From: Bigelowiella natans CCMP2755
Taxonomy: Eukaryota; Protista; Cercozoa
Reading direction: 5' to 3'
DNA length: 53,029 nucleotides
NCBI GenBank assembly: GCA_000320545.1
Contig: ADNK01001245.1
Location: forward strand, 1-53,029
The notes beneath the pieces are model-generated. The model had not been told where the DNA came from and searched no databases. It saw only the letters and a program-made list of their open reading frames with translations. Of the stretch, positions 50,350-53,029 are shown piece after piece. How positions within the stretch are numbered: position 1 is the stretch's first letter; every line of letters begins with the position of its first letter. A program made the translations under genes and the position numbers.

Positions 50350-51431
50350 ATGGCGACTCGGGCCCTAAAGAAAAGGGCCCATGCCCTGGTTCGAGTATTC
50401 CGGAGGGGTTTCCTGGCACAAGCCCCGAAGAAGAATCCTCAGTTGCACAAGAATCGTTGCATTCACAATTTGTCCGGAAGAAAATGTACCGAGACTAGCA
50501 AATCGGTAAATTAGTTAATCTTGAACATTCGATGTACTTACCTCCATGCTCTATGCTGTATCCAGACTGGCATAGGTATTACCAACACCGCAATAGAATC
50601 ACCGCTAGTGGAGAAATTGGTATGTCAAATCTATCAAATCTTTTCCATTCCACAAATTGATGAACAACGATAAAAACACGCCATTGCAATTTTACATAGT
50701 CGAAGCGCGAAGTTCGTGCACATTGGCTGATATCGTGTGCCCAACGAGGAAATCTGAAGCTGATTGAAGACATATATAAACGTGTAAATCGCAAGAAATT
50801 CCTGCAAAGCCTCGATGATAACCTTAGACGGGAAGTTCTACTTGCACATGTAGACGAACACTGTAATAACCTCAAAAGAGCACATTTTCATACGCAAAAA
50901 GACCTCCCTGAACGAATCCTGTTAGCCATAAGATCAATACTAGATCTAGGATCTGTCGACGAAAGAGTACAGCATACGGAGTCTTTAGAAAAGTGCCTAG
51001 ATGCTATTACGCAAATCTTGAACTTTGGAAAGTATCATGCATGGCTGCTACCCGTAACAGCACGAGAGAACATCGTGTCAGCAGTTCATGATTTGAAAGC
51101 TCTAGGTATTTCAGACGCTCCTTTCCAGCGATGCCTAAGGAATGTCACTCGTGATGCATTGTCGTGTAGACAGACAAGTAGTGTCCTCTTTCTTCTAGAC
51201 TTGATCTTCGAGTACAACCAGGCCATTTTTACTAATGACGAGGATGCAGAAGTAGAACTAATAGCGGGAGAAGGACAACGTGAGAAAATAGCATCTTGCT
51301 TCATACGACCAGCTGCATTTTGTTTAGATCTTATGGATGAATTTGTGAGGGACAAGAAAGTACAGGAGGCAGACATTCTTATGGTGCTAAGGGCCATGGC
51401 GAAACCCTCCTACGCTTCTCTCCAAACCGAC

Positions 51432-51466
<35 letters not shown>

Positions 51467-51615
51467 CAATAGTAAACCGATGGAAGAAACCAAAGAGAAA
51501 CTTAGAGATATAGAGGACGTTGTAGTCGTCGTAGCTCAAGCCATGGTTGATAGAATAGGACCCGTAGCTGTTGCCAGAACTCTCAGGGCATCGCAACTTG
51601 ATTGTTTCTCAAGAA

Positions 51616-51649
<34 letters not shown>

Positions 51650-52559
51650 AGATGACGACGCAAAAGAAGAAACCTTGGTTTTGCATACTACTACTACTAC
51701 TGCTGCTGCGACTACTACTATTACATATCCTTCACGGCTGCACTTTCAAGCGAGACAGAGAACTTGCGATGATGATTTACTTAATATTTCAGGCTCTGTG
51801 GAAGCTAAGGGACCTTCTGCTGTTCGAATCAGTAGATTTTATAGGTGAAACAGAAGATAAAACAAATCAGACGAAGAGTAGTTCCTATCGAAGGCCAAGA
51901 GCAGTACAAAATATCATTGGTTCCCACGAGGTTCTTCCTAATTTATTAACGACCCCTCTTCTCGTAATAGTGGGGGGTGGGAGGGGGATGTTTTTACCCA
52001 TAAATTGTTACTTCGCAAATCTTGCTGAGAAAAGTCGTTCATTCTGTAATTTAAAATATCGTCGTCTTTCTAACGACGACGACTACTTGAAAGTTGACAT
52101 TTTCTTCTTTCCAAAGGTTATGAACGGAGTGCTAAGAATCAGTGAGTTATTCAACCGGAATGGATTCAAAAACCAGGACAAGGGGCCAAGTAAATTCCTA
52201 CCCTAGCAATACAATACGTGTGGCAATTGTTAGTCAATTATGTGTAGTCGTATTCGAGCGCGATTGAATTTAATGTTCAAATTTCTCAACTCCCTTCTTC
52301 ACAGAGTTGCTGGAGGTGCTGGTTCGGATCCATGCATATAAAAACAACATTCCAAGGATGTTTAAGACATTCCGGGGAATGAGGTGTTGTCCATTTTCTA
52401 TTGGACTTAAAAACTTATGATCGCTTCCGATTTTGATAATGATGATGAAGATGACGATGATGATGATGACCATGGCGATGATAATGTCTACACATACGCA
52501 CGCACACAAAAACATACACACACACCATCAAATATAAGCACATGTTGTTTGTATAGCTC

Positions 52560-52596
<37 letters not shown>

Positions 52597-52987
52597 AGTT
52601 GTGATATGACAACCACTACCACTACCACTACCACTGCCACTGCTACTGCTACCCCTGCTGCCGCAATAATACTATTACTACGATTAAACGATGACTAGCT
52701 AACTGACTAACTAAATGCTGCTTTGCTTGCTGCTTTTTATTCAAACAACTATCTATAGTGCACTAGGATACCCTCCCCAAGTGGAAACGATGAATGAGAT
52801 GATCCAAGTTTTCTCGAAGAAAGCGGATGCTCGTGGTGTCGCCGCAATGATGCACGCGTTTGAGATGTTCGGTTTGTTGCCGAACGAGCGCACTTTTGCC
52901 TCTGTCGTACAATTTTTCGGATTACGTCAGCAGCAAGAGTCTGTGAGAAGACTGATTGACCATATGGAACAACTAGGTGTTGTTTGA
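50350..52987 (+). CDS. Pentatricopeptide-repeat (PPR)-containing protein with mitochondrial-type presequence; runs past the window end
   Basis: MATRALKKRAHALVRVFRRGFLAQ (basic amphipathic leader); helical exons 50700-51617; PPR-like PQVETMNEMIQVFSKKADARGVAAMMHAFEMFGLLPNERTFASVVQFFG...VRRLIDHMEQLG (52760-52976). Confidence 0.7.
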
Positions 52988-53029
52988 GGAACGAAGTGTG
53001 AGAGAGAGAGGGAGAGAGAGAGGGGGGGA

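Overview
Eukaryotic (protist) nuclear DNA: gene-dense, very intron-rich (GT-AG, many exons <100 nt), with introns full of microsatellites. Most ORFs in the supplied track are artefacts of those microsatellites. Manual splicing supports 12 genes and one broken chimeric gene: a TMEM181/Wntless-like membrane domain fused to a class-3 lipase (5' end outside window), an unknown beta-barrel-like protein with a bipartite-looking leader, PP5 phosphatase, a 5'-truncated DcpS fused to a duplicated exon of the neighbouring gene, a mitochondrial-type CBS-pair protein, PKA catalytic subunit, a flavocytochrome b2-like enzyme ending in PTS1 (AKL), a MidA-like SAM methyltransferase-TPR protein, a secreted coiled-coil protein, Rab1, a CDPK7-like EF-hand/PH/kinase, a CLK/LAMMER kinase and a PPR protein (3' end outside window). 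Gene content and intron style fit a SAR alga with a complex plastid, for example a chlorarachniophyte (inference only). The strongest unexplained signal is non-coding. In 39126-40483 every TpA dinucleotide (19 of 19 by hand count) sits inside CTAG, and weaker versions of the same signature fill the spacers downstream of gene 3' ends. This points to a context-specific TpA->TpG/CpA mutational process acting on non-genic DNA. Exon boundaries were read by eye and are approximate.
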